IMG/VR virus record: IMGVR_UViG_3300037743_000357
Span: 1 to 55,421 of that record
Reading direction: 5' to 3' (one strand)
From: a virus
Taxonomy: Duplodnaviria > Caudoviricetes
DNA length: 55,421 nt
Below, piece by piece: positions 1-7,599 of this stretch. The notes under the pieces were generated by a model that was not told where the DNA came from, searched no databases, and saw only the letters and a program-made list of their open reading frames with translations. A program made the position numbers and the translations under genes. Position 1 is the stretch's first letter. Each line of letters opens with the position of its first letter.

Positions 1-4
1 GTCA

Positions 5-130
5 TTACACGGACCGGACAAGATGATGGCCAGATGGCCGCAATCCGCAGGATCTAGCATCCCCTGCTCTAGGGGGGATAGGTGCTCCCATAGGTCCACA
101 GGCACGAGCGAAGGCCGAACCAGCGGATGC
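5..130. repeat. Terminal direct repeat, copy 1 (circular assembly overlap)
   Basis: 126 bp identical to 55296-55421. Confidence 0.95.
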
Positions 131-182
131 ACGTAATTCGCTTGCTCGGTGCTCATGCGTGATCCTTGGCGTTTTACGCGGT

Positions 183-371
183 TCATAGCAGCGTCAGAAT
201 GACGATGATGATCAACTCCCCCACGGCGAGCACGCGCCAGAACGTGAGTTTGCCCCGGACCAGGGCCAGTTCGAGGCGCGCGCGCATGTCGCTTGGCATC
301 CGGGGCGGCGGCGTGCGGATCATGCGCCGTTGGATGTGGTCTCGGAATCCGCGTTCGTTATCGGGGTGCAT
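183..371 (-). CDS. Small hypothetical protein with C-terminal hydrophobic segment
   Basis: ATG start; packed in leftward gene run; C-terminal VLAVGELIIIVILTLL. Confidence 0.55.
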   Translation of the reverse strand: MHPDNERGFRDHIQRRMIRTPPPRMPSDMRARLELALVRGKLTFWRVLAVGELIIIVILTLL

Positions 372-377
372 GGTAAT

Positions 378-632
378 TTAGTCTTTGTAAGGCAGGTGTT
401 CGGAGGCCATTCGGCACGCTTCCTTGAATGTTTTGGCTTCGGATATTGTTAAGCTGTAGCCCCATTTGAGGACACAATGGAAGCGGATTGCGCCGCCTTT
501 GATTTCATGCACGGTGCCCCACGTTTCCTCATGGTTGGATAGGTTTGCGCTCCGGACGGACCGGCCCGATAAACCGGCGCTACGCAGGGAATACCGTCCC
601 CGACCCTTGGTTCTTGTGATTTTGCTATTCAT
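378..632 (-). CDS. Hypothetical protein
   Basis: 84 aa ORF with AAACCACC-ATG leader shared with neighbouring genes. Confidence 0.6.
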   Translation of the reverse strand: MNSKITRTKGRGRYSLRSAGLSGRSVRSANLSNHEETWGTVHEIKGGAIRFHCVLKWGYSLTISEAKTFKEACRMASEHLPYKD

Positions 633-638
633 GGTGGT

Positions 639-851
639 TTAAGAAAAATGGAGATACTGTCCAACCTTTAGGCGTTTCATTTCGCAGCATCGGAGGATGT
701 AGTCGAGTCTCACGTCTCCGGCTTCGGCCATCATGTCGACCGCGGCCAGGATGTCTCCGAGTTCGCGGTTGAGTGTTTCGCGGTTGGTAGGTCCCCCGTC
801 CGGATCTGGCGCAGGGCTAGGTCGACGGCTTCTTGGGCCAACTGGGCGCAT
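639..851 (-). pseudogene. C-terminal half of a MazG-like (NTP pyrophosphatase fold) phage protein, out of frame with upstream ORF
   Basis: NRETLNRELGDILAAVDMMAEAGD...K..K..YLH resembles phage MazG-like C-termini; overlaps 731-1084 in another frame. Confidence 0.4.
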
Positions 852-1084
852 TCGAGATCGAGCACAGCGTCGACGACACCCGTGGCGAGTGGCAATGCAT
901 CGACGAATAGCTGCACGTTGGCCGCGATACGGCTTTGACGTTGTTCCAGGAGCGGTTCCATCACGGCCAAGAGCACATCAAAGCCGTCTGGCGTGGTGAA
1001 CTGTTGAAGGCCGCGTGACACAGTGAGCAGGGCCGCCCGGGCGAGGGTGCGCCGGCGGATTTGGGTGGTGAGTGTGGTGGTCAT
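731..1084 (-). CDS. Hypothetical protein
   Basis: ATG at 1084 overlaps stop of 1081-1299 (ATGA coupling). Confidence 0.55.
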   Translation of the reverse strand: MTTTLTTQIRRRTLARAALLTVSRGLQQFTTPDGFDVLLAVMEPLLEQRQSRIAANVQLFVDALPLATGVVDAVLDLECAQLAQEAVDLALRQIRTGDLPTAKHSTANSETSWPRST

Positions 1085-1299
1085 GGCTTTTGCTGGGTGG
1101 CTGGCGCGATTTTCATTCCGCCTAGGCAATCGTTGTATTTTCCGTCGGACCGAACGTCATGGAAATCAGCTCGGTAGTAGCCGCCACAATTAATGCCCCA
1201 AACTGTCCTGCCGCAAACCGGGCATTTAACTTTACGGTCTTCATTCGGGCGACGCTCTAGATACAAGCCGGCGTCGCGGCTCTCTTTACTCAGTTTCAT
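1081..1299 (-). CDS. Small zinc-finger-like protein
   Basis: CPVC...H...C motif; AAACCACC-ATG leader. Confidence 0.6.
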   Translation of the reverse strand: MKLSKESRDAGLYLERRPNEDRKVKCPVCGRTVWGINCGGYYRADFHDVRSDGKYNDCLGGMKIAPATQQKP

Positions 1300-1429
1300 G
1301 GTGGTTTACTCGTTGTGCCGGGTTATTCGGGCTGATCCACGTACAGATATCCGTCCGTGTGAACGTATCGGACTCCATCATAATTCCCTGCATCTGCATC
1401 TTTGCGAGCCGTATCGCTCGCGCGGCGGG

Positions 1430-1894
1430 TTAAATTTCAATACTTGGTGCGGCGGTTGTTTCCGGTGCGATTTCCAGCCCGTGTGTTTCCGCGAAGGAGC
1501 GGCGGCAACGGAGCCTGAACACCACGTCGGCACTGGGTTCGACACGAGGGTTTTTGACCGATCCACCTGAACTCCTGAGAGTCCCGGCGGCCAGGGAAAC
1601 GTCATTGGGCATTTGCACGCGGTAATCGCGTCCCCGCCGCTGGGCGAGCACGTACCCACCGATCTGAAGAATCTGGCCACCGTCGTATTTGTCGTACGGC
1701 ACCAGTGCATCGACCTCCTCGGATTTGGGACCGAACAGCTCCGCTACTCGTTCCCGGGCGGTGTCGTTGTCCGGGATGACCCAGTTGCCGCCGGCGAATT
1801 TACCTCCGAGCGACCGCCAGACGGCGTTGTTGTCCTCGGAGTAGGGGCCGGTGATGATGATTTTACCGTCCTGTGGTGTGATTGTGGTTTGCAT
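1430..1894 (-). CDS. Hypothetical protein
   Basis: 154 aa with globular composition; GAGGA upstream of ATG. Confidence 0.75.
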   Translation of the reverse strand: MQTTITPQDGKIIITGPYSEDNNAVWRSLGGKFAGGNWVIPDNDTARERVAELFGPKSEEVDALVPYDKYDGGQILQIGGYVLAQRRGRDYRVQMPNDVSLAAGTLRSSGGSVKNPRVEPSADVVFRLRCRRSFAETHGLEIAPETTAAPSIEI

Positions 1895-1945
1895 GTTGTT
1901 CCTCGGAGTCTCTCACTCCGCGTCCAGATGGTTTGACCGGGATCG

Positions 1946-2311
1946 TCATTGGCCGCAATCGCGGCAGACTCGCTCTACTTGCGCGGCTTGGATGTAAGCG
2001 CGCGCCCGGTAGGCCAGATCCCTCATGATAAGCCCCTCGGGCGCGCTCGGGTGTGGAACGTAGTTTTCCCAATGCGGAAACCAGTCCTCGAAAAAATGCG
2101 TGTTGCCGTAGCCTGGGCCGCACTCTATCACGATTCCGCCAGATGGCCCGGCTGGCCGCGTAATGCCTACTTTGTGCTTCCCATGCCGAATCCAATGGAT
2201 ATTGCCATCCATCACGTCCCAGAGAGCAAGTTGCAAACACCCATTCTCCTTGCGGAGTGCGTCGCATTCCATCGCGGAGCGGGATTGTTGTCGTTTGGTG
2301 GTGGTTTTCAT
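1946..2311 (-). CDS. Hypothetical protein
   Basis: ATGA-coupled to 2308-2556. Confidence 0.65.
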   Translation of the reverse strand: MKTTTKRQQSRSAMECDALRKENGCLQLALWDVMDGNIHWIRHGKHKVGITRPAGPSGGIVIECGPGYGNTHFFEDWFPHWENYVPHPSAPEGLIMRDLAYRARAYIQAAQVERVCRDCGQ

Positions 2312-2556
2312 TGTGGTTTGGAGTCAGCTTGGATGCTTCCGTCTATCATTCCGTCGGCCAGTGAGTGCTTGCGGCATACCGGAATGAATTGTCGCCACTC
2401 TGGCGACCATTCGCGTTTTATTTCCCCGTTGCTGCCTTGCTCCCGGTCATAGCACCACGCGCATCGGTGTACTGCGTTGACGGTGCAAACACTCCCGTGG
2501 CAGTGATGGTGGGTTTCATAGCAGGTTTTGTCTTTCATCGGCCGTACATTTATCAC
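2308..2556 (-). CDS. Cys/His-rich hypothetical protein
   Basis: First gene of leftward run; several Cys/His (CxxC, CxxH). Confidence 0.55.
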   Translation of the reverse strand: MINVRPMKDKTCYETHHHCHGSVCTVNAVHRCAWCYDREQGSNGEIKREWSPEWRQFIPVCRKHSLADGMIDGSIQADSKPQ

Positions 2557-2799
2557 CCCTCCCCACTAACCGCAACAATTATTTTGCATCTGCGTCACGT
2601 CCTCTCCGCAACCTACCACACTTCAACAACATCCAACTGAAAATAATTCCACACCATCAACCAAAACAACCCCGATTCCCCATCCTCCAAAGCAAAGAGC
2701 AGCAACAACAGAGACAGAGAGACAAGAGCGGAACAGAACAGGGCAGCGCAGAGCGGGAGAGACGAGCGGGACGGGCCGGGCGGTCAGAGCGGTTTTGGG

Positions 2800-2827
2800 T
2801 TGCTCGGGGACGCACATTGGGTATTAT
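2800..2827 (+). promoter_or_regulatory. Sigma70-like promoter
   Basis: TTGCTC-16 nt-TATTAT, 8 nt upstream of ATG 2836. Confidence 0.4.
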
Positions 2828-2835
2828 TTCCCACT

Positions 2836-3180
2836 ATGCCTCTGCCCAAGTGTGATAAACCCCCCAACCCAAAGGATCGTAAGCGCGTCCGATACGGCAC
2901 GCGGAACGCCTTGAAACACGTCGTTGATATGCAAGAGCTTATGCACAAGCTCGTCATGAGCCTCGGGGGGGACGTGGGAAGTGGTCCGATTGAGGATCAA
3001 GTGCGCGCAGCGACCGCCGTTGCCCGCCTGGCGGCGACCTGGTGCCAGCTTCAAGACACCAAAAGGGAGATCCGGGGCATTCCCAAGCTCGCGGTTGCCC
3101 AAGCGGTCATCCAGCCGCACCGATCCCGCACCGAGCGGCTGATGGCCGGCTACGCCGCCGGGGAAGCGCCGGTCGAGTAG
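2836..3180 (+). CDS. Hypothetical helical protein (terminase small subunit candidate)
   Basis: Isolated gene with basic N-terminus and helical core next to the candidate packaging repeats; function inferred from position only. Confidence 0.5.
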   Translation: MPLPKCDKPPNPKDRKRVRYGTRNALKHVVDMQELMHKLVMSLGGDVGSGPIEDQVRAATAVARLAATWCQLQDTKREIRGIPKLAVAQAVIQPHRSRTERLMAGYAAGEAPVE

Positions 3181-3343
3181 CGGCGCCGACGCAAGCGCCG
3201 CACGGATGCAGGGCATGCAGGGGGCGGATCGGGTGGTTTTGGGGGACATTGTGGCGCTATTCTCCTAAGTCATAGCAACCACAACGTTACGTACGAAAGA
3301 TAACTGATATTGTGGGAAAGAAATCTATTTTTTGGCTCTGACC

Positions 3344-3439
3344 GTCCCCACCACCCCTCCCCCCAGACCCCCATTCGCCAGGCCCGTCACATAATAATAC
3401 CCCTGCCCCAGTGTGCGCTGGAAACCGCCTGTTCTGGCT
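3344..3439. repeat. Imperfect ~95-bp direct repeat, copy 1, with G-quadruplex motif on minus strand
   Basis: GTCCCCACCACCCCTCCCCCCAGACCCCC...ATACCCC...CAGTG...CTGGCT; homologous to 3911-4005. Confidence 0.8.
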
Positions 3440-3470
3440 TCCGCGCATGTTGCTGGCATCGGTTCTGATT

Positions 3471-3845
3471 TTAGTGTCCTACGGTGTGGAGGGGATATTT
3501 GCGCCAATGTTTTGCGTTATCGGCCATGGTAATGAGTTCTAGGTTTTCGAGGCGGTTGTCGTGTCTGACCCGATTCTTGTGATTGACGGTGATGAATTTG
3601 CCTTTAGGGGCTGGTGGAGGGGACAGGAATGTATTGGCTACGAGGCGATGGAGTAGGAACCATACCTGGCGTTTATTTCTTGTGATGCCGATGTGTTGGT
3701 ATCCGAGGCGGTCGCGTCTTCCTGAAAGTTCTACGGGTCCTTTGGGTGATGAACGTTGGCACCGGCCCATGTTGGAGATTTGGTGGTTTGGAAAGCCCGG
3801 GATAGGTTTCCACAATTCGCCTGGGATAGGGATGAGGGGTTTCAT
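3471..3845 (-). CDS. NUMOD4 + HNH endonuclease
   Basis: WKPIPGF..QISNMGR (NUMOD4) and HRLVA..F...VNHKNR..DNRLENLE (HNH_3). Confidence 0.92.
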   Translation of the reverse strand: MKPLIPIPGELWKPIPGFPNHQISNMGRCQRSSPKGPVELSGRRDRLGYQHIGITRNKRQVWFLLHRLVANTFLSPPPAPKGKFITVNHKNRVRHDNRLENLELITMADNAKHWRKYPLHTVGH

Positions 3846-3910
3846 TGGCAGGAGATGATGGTGAACAATCTCTTAATCGTCAATGAGGACTCTCTTTTTT
3901 TGATGGTAGG

Positions 3911-4005
3911 GTCCCCACCACCCCCGCCCCGAGACCCCGCTCGCGCGCGCCCGCCAGATACATATACCCCCGCCACAGTGCGCCCTGAAAAACGGGTCTC
4001 TGGCT
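3911..4005. repeat. Imperfect ~95-bp direct repeat, copy 2, with G-quadruplex motif on minus strand
   Basis: GTCCCCACCACCCCCGCCCCGAGACCCC...ATACCCC...CAGTG...CTGGCT. Confidence 0.8.
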
Positions 4006-4137
4006 ACTGGATACGCGCCGAAAAACGCTGGAACTGGGCTGGTGTGGACATGTCCAAACGGTGTCCAAACCACGGTGCGCGACCAGAAACGACCTTGCTC
4101 TGGCCCATGTTACCCGCTCTGCCCGGACCTGCTCTGG

Positions 4138-4698
4138 TTACTTGGGCTGGTTGTAGAGGTCTTGGCCTGATAGCAGGTCGTATTCGATTTGATTTCCGAA
4201 CACTTCCCAGCCTGGGCGTTTGAGTCGGGAGAACATTTCGAGTTTGGGGGTGTTTGGGTACCATTGTTCTATCCAGTGGCGTACTTGTTCGGGTTTGGCG
4301 CTGTGGCGTCCACGGTGGCAACGGAGCACCGATGGCACGCGCAACGAAGATGGAGGGGACGTGACTCGTCCACGAACCCCGACCAAGAGCAATTCATGCT
4401 GTCCTCGGAACCAGTATCCCATTCCCATCGCCACCTTATCCCACACGGCGCAAGACTTGTAATTAAACCCCCAAGCTGAAATTACCTGAAGCGCCTCTGG
4501 AAGCAGTGGGGCGGTGGCCCACAGGTAGAGGATGCAGTCTTTTTCGGCTGGGACATCCATCGAGCAGATCGCATCAATGGTCATCGTGTCGTATTGATTT
4601 GAGATCGAGCGACTGGAGCCTTCGTAGTCGAGGGAGTAGTTCCATGGGGGATCGGCGTAGATCACCCCAAAGACAGATTTATGAGGTTTTGTGCTCAT
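4138..4698 (-). CDS. MT-A70 family (N6-adenine/N4-cytosine) methyltransferase
   Basis: IYADPPW catalytic motif, LYLWAT, AWGF.YK, GMGYWFRGQHE, HSAKP, LEMFSR...GW...GN. Confidence 0.92.
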   Translation of the reverse strand: MSTKPHKSVFGVIYADPPWNYSLDYEGSSRSISNQYDTMTIDAICSMDVPAEKDCILYLWATAPLLPEALQVISAWGFNYKSCAVWDKVAMGMGYWFRGQHELLLVGVRGRVTSPPSSLRVPSVLRCHRGRHSAKPEQVRHWIEQWYPNTPKLEMFSRLKRPGWEVFGNQIEYDLLSGQDLYNQPK

Positions 4699-5659
4699 TG
4701 AGGTACCAGCGGATGGTGTGGTGGAGGTAGGGGAGGAATGGGCGGGAAGGTTTCCAGTTGAGTTGGGAGGAGAGTTTGTGTGGGTTGACGGAGTAGCGGA
4801 GGTCGTTGCCCGGGCGGTCTTGGACGTGGGAGATGAGGGAGGCGGAGTTTTGAGATTTGGTGATGCGGTCGAAGGCGGTGCAGATGGTTTTTAGGATATG
4901 GAGGTTGGAGAGTTCGTTTTGAGCGCCGATGAGGAAGGTTTCGTTTTGGGGGGAGTGTAGGAGGATGGTGAGGAGGGCGGAGGCGTGGTCGGAGACGTGA
5001 ATCCAGTCGCGGACATTAGAGCCGTCGCCGTGGAGGGGGATGTTGGATTTATTGATGAGGCAGGTGATGGCTTTGGGGATGAGTTTTTCGGGGTATTGGC
5101 GTGGGCCGTAGTTATTGGAGCAGTGGGTGATGATGGCGGGGAGGTTGAAGGTATGGCGGTAGGCGCGAACGAGCATGTCGCTGGCGGCTTTTGAGGAGGC
5201 GTAGGGGGAGTTGGGTGCGTAGGGGGAATCTTCGGTGAAAGAGCCGTTTGGGATGGATCCGAACACTTCGTCTGTGGATACGTGGAGGAAGCGTTGGTTG
5301 TGGGGTGGGTCCCAGCACATGCGGGCGGCTTCCAGGAGGTTGAAAGTGCCGGCGATGTTGGTGGAGATGAAGGCATCGGGGGAAGTGATGGAGCGGTCGA
5401 CGTGAGATTCGGCGGCCAAGTGTGCGACGTGGGAGATGTTGTGGCGTTTGAAGATGGAACGGACAAGGTCTTTGTCGCGGATGTCACCGACGATGAGGGA
5501 GAATTTTGGGTTGTAGAGGGCGTTGGAAAGGTTGTCGATATGGGAAGCGTAGGAGAGACAATCCAGGCCGACGACACTGGTGAATTGTGGGTTGGTCAGT
5601 GCGAGGTCGGTGAAGTGGGAGCCGATGAAACCGGCGCAGCCAGTGACGAGGAGGTTCAT
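4679..5659 (-). CDS. rmlB: dTDP-glucose 4,6-dehydratase
   Basis: LVTGCAGFIG, AAESHVDRS, VSTDEVFG, YASSK, SNNYGPRQYPEKLIP, RDWIHV.DH, DRPGND.RY; start 5659 is TAATG-coupled to the upstream gene. Confidence 0.95.
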   Translation of the reverse strand: MNLLVTGCAGFIGSHFTDLALTNPQFTSVVGLDCLSYASHIDNLSNALYNPKFSLIVGDIRDKDLVRSIFKRHNISHVAHLAAESHVDRSITSPDAFISTNIAGTFNLLEAARMCWDPPHNQRFLHVSTDEVFGSIPNGSFTEDSPYAPNSPYASSKAASDMLVRAYRHTFNLPAIITHCSNNYGPRQYPEKLIPKAITCLINKSNIPLHGDGSNVRDWIHVSDHASALLTILLHSPQNETFLIGAQNELSNLHILKTICTAFDRITKSQNSASLISHVQDRPGNDLRYSVNPHKLSSQLNWKPSRPFLPYLHHTIRWYLNEHKTS

Positions 5660-5871
5660 TATTCGATGATTTTGGGATGCTCGAAATCCCATGGCACGAA
5701 GACCTGTTTTAGCAGCACGCGATGCGTGTTTGACTTCCACAACTGTCTGGTTGTCCCATCACTCAGGTCGGCTAGGACCAAGCGAAATTCTTGACCGTCC
5801 ATTGCCCCGCCGATTATGTCGATCGTGATGCCGCCTTCGGTGATTTCGGAGATGCGGATTGGTTTGATCAT
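5659..5871 (-). CDS. Hypothetical protein
   Basis: Coupled to rmlB start. Confidence 0.55.
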   Translation of the reverse strand: MIKPIRISEITEGGITIDIIGGAMDGQEFRLVLADLSDGTTRQLWKSNTHRVLLKQVFVPWDFEHPKIIE

Positions 5872-5875
5872 GGAT

Positions 5876-6118
5876 TTAGATTTGTGGCGAACGGTTCATT
5901 CCATCACGCACGGCCAGCGGTTTCCCGCACCCGAAACAGTAGCCGTGTTCGTAGGCACGGTCGCCGCATCTTGGGCACTTGCTGATGAGCCCGGCCCATC
6001 GAATTGCTTCTTGATCTTGCTCTGACCATTCTGTTTTCAACTTGGGGATTTTTGATGGGCGCAGGATCTTGGCTGCGTCACGGTTGATGGGATTTGGATG
6101 TTCTTCCAGCAGAGCCAT
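5876..6118 (-). CDS. Small zinc-ribbon protein
   Basis: CPRC...CFGC. Confidence 0.6.
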   Translation of the reverse strand: MALLEEHPNPINRDAAKILRPSKIPKLKTEWSEQDQEAIRWAGLISKCPRCGDRAYEHGYCFGCGKPLAVRDGMNRSPQI

Positions 6119-6128
6119 GGAACTAATT

Positions 6129-6401
6129 TCATTGGGTTTTGGTGAGCACGGAGCGCCAGGGGACGACGAAGTGATTGGGGAGATCGGGCAGGGATTGGGC
6201 GTTCTCACGGTGGGAGAGGACCATTTCGCCCGGGACAATGGCGCCCTTTGGGACCTTGGGACCGACGGAGATGACGGTTGCCCATTTGGCGTTTGAATGG
6301 TTGAAGCGCGCTCGGAGGCTCTCGGGAAGGAAGATGCCGCGGGTGTGGGTTGGGATGTGGTCTTGGACGATGATGGTGTCGCGAAGAGCTCGTAGTTTCA
6401 T
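6129..6401 (-). CDS. GroES-like co-chaperonin
   Basis: MKLRALRDTIIV...GIFLPES...ATVISVGP...IVPGEMVL; 90 aa. Confidence 0.75.
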   Translation of the reverse strand: MKLRALRDTIIVQDHIPTHTRGIFLPESLRARFNHSNAKWATVISVGPKVPKGAIVPGEMVLSHRENAQSLPDLPNHFVVPWRSVLTKTQ

Positions 6402-6479
6402 GTTGGAAGTAGAGAGTGCGTCGGAAGCCGCCAAACAATCAAGTTGCAATGAAGGGGTTCTTTTGCTTTTGTTTGGGCC

Positions 6480-7154
6480 ATGGCCAGACTCAAAAGCCGC
6501 GAGCACCAGATACCCGGAGGATTCAGGTTTCGCCAACCCGAGATCAAATGGGACTCGATGGTGGCCCTTGGCATGCATCCATCGTTTACGCGGTTGGTCG
6601 ACGCGGTGATGGCCATGCGGCAGGGCAACCAATGGATGGGCCAACAGAAAGGTTGGGCGACGGACCGGCTCTCCGTCGAAGTGGAGGTCGAGCAATACAA
6701 CGTGAAGATTTGCCAGGACCACAACTGGAACCAGTATCTGTTGGAGGGCGATCCCGTCCCAAAACAGGCAGCCCACCCGCACGGGCTCGGGCGTGTTGCG
6801 GTGGGCGCTAAAGTTCTGGCGGACTGGCTGGGGGAAGGCGGCAAGCCCGTGGAGAAGGAGAAGGCGGTTGGAAGGGCGTCGGTGTGCGTGGCGTGCCCGA
6901 TGAATGCCGGCGGGGATTGGACGAGGTTTTTCACTGGACCTGTGAGCGGGATGATTCGGAGGTTTTTGGAGGCAAAGAACGAGTTGAAGTTGGAAACTGA
7001 GCATGACGAGAAACTTGGCATTTGCCAGGCGTGCGCGTGCCCGATGAAAGTGAAGGTGTGGACGCCCATTGACCACATCACCGCGCATCTGAGCCAGGAG
7101 ACACGCGCCGAACTGCACCCGGACTGTTGGATCTTGAAGGAGGCAATCAAATGA
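6480..7154 (+). CDS. Cys-rich hypothetical protein, first gene of rightward operon
   Basis: CVACP...CQACAC...HPDCW; ATGA-coupled to the next gene. Confidence 0.75.
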   Translation: MARLKSREHQIPGGFRFRQPEIKWDSMVALGMHPSFTRLVDAVMAMRQGNQWMGQQKGWATDRLSVEVEVEQYNVKICQDHNWNQYLLEGDPVPKQAAHPHGLGRVAVGAKVLADWLGEGGKPVEKEKAVGRASVCVACPMNAGGDWTRFFTGPVSGMIRRFLEAKNELKLETEHDEKLGICQACACPMKVKVWTPIDHITAHLSQETRAELHPDCWILKEAIK

Positions 7155-7342
7155 AAATATTCCGAAGAATCATCTCGTTTCTTATCGCCTTAATCTTCAC
7201 TCCCACTTTGGTTTTTTGGGTGTTCGCGGTTAGTTTCGTCATTATAAGCGCCGCGACTGCTTCTAGCGATGCCTCAGTAGAGTGGGCTGATCGTTATTGG
7301 AAAGGATGGCAGAAATTTTTGATGAAGATTGGAGGATTTTAA
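7151..7342 (+). CDS. Small membrane protein
   Basis: Long hydrophobic N-terminal stretch; lower GC than neighbours. Confidence 0.6.
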   Translation: MKIFRRIISFLIALIFTPTLVFWVFAVSFVIISAATASSDASVEWADRYWKGWQKFLMKIGGF

Positions 7343-7345
7343 ATC

Positions 7346-7597
7346 ATGACTGAACAGGAGAAAGCGGCCAAGGAAGCCGTGGTAGCTCAATGCGTCTCGA
7401 TGCTGGGCGAGCACTTCGAGGCGGTCCAGGTCTTCGCTTCATCTACGTCCGATGATGGGGGATGGACCGAATCAATCTTCAAAGGGTCGGGTAATCTTTG
7501 GGCGCGCATTGGACAAACCCAACGCTGGTTGCATTACCAAGAGGAAACGACGCGCATCGAATGCCGCCAAGAAATGGAGCAAGATGGGCTTGATTGA
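7346..7597 (+). CDS. Hypothetical protein
   Basis: 83 aa acidic ORF in operon. Confidence 0.65.
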   Translation: MTEQEKAAKEAVVAQCVSMLGEHFEAVQVFASSTSDDGGWTESIFKGSGNLWARIGQTQRWLHYQEETTRIECRQEMEQDGLD

Positions 7598-7599
7598 AA

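Noticed and set aside
5-130. Terminal repeat as a biological DTR
   Set aside because: The length resembles an assembler k-mer overlap and it falls inside a gene that reads across the join; treated as circularisation only.
4891-5577. 228-aa Ser/Pro/Thr-rich mucin-like ORF
   Set aside because: It is an alternate frame of rmlB produced by its C-rich codon bias.
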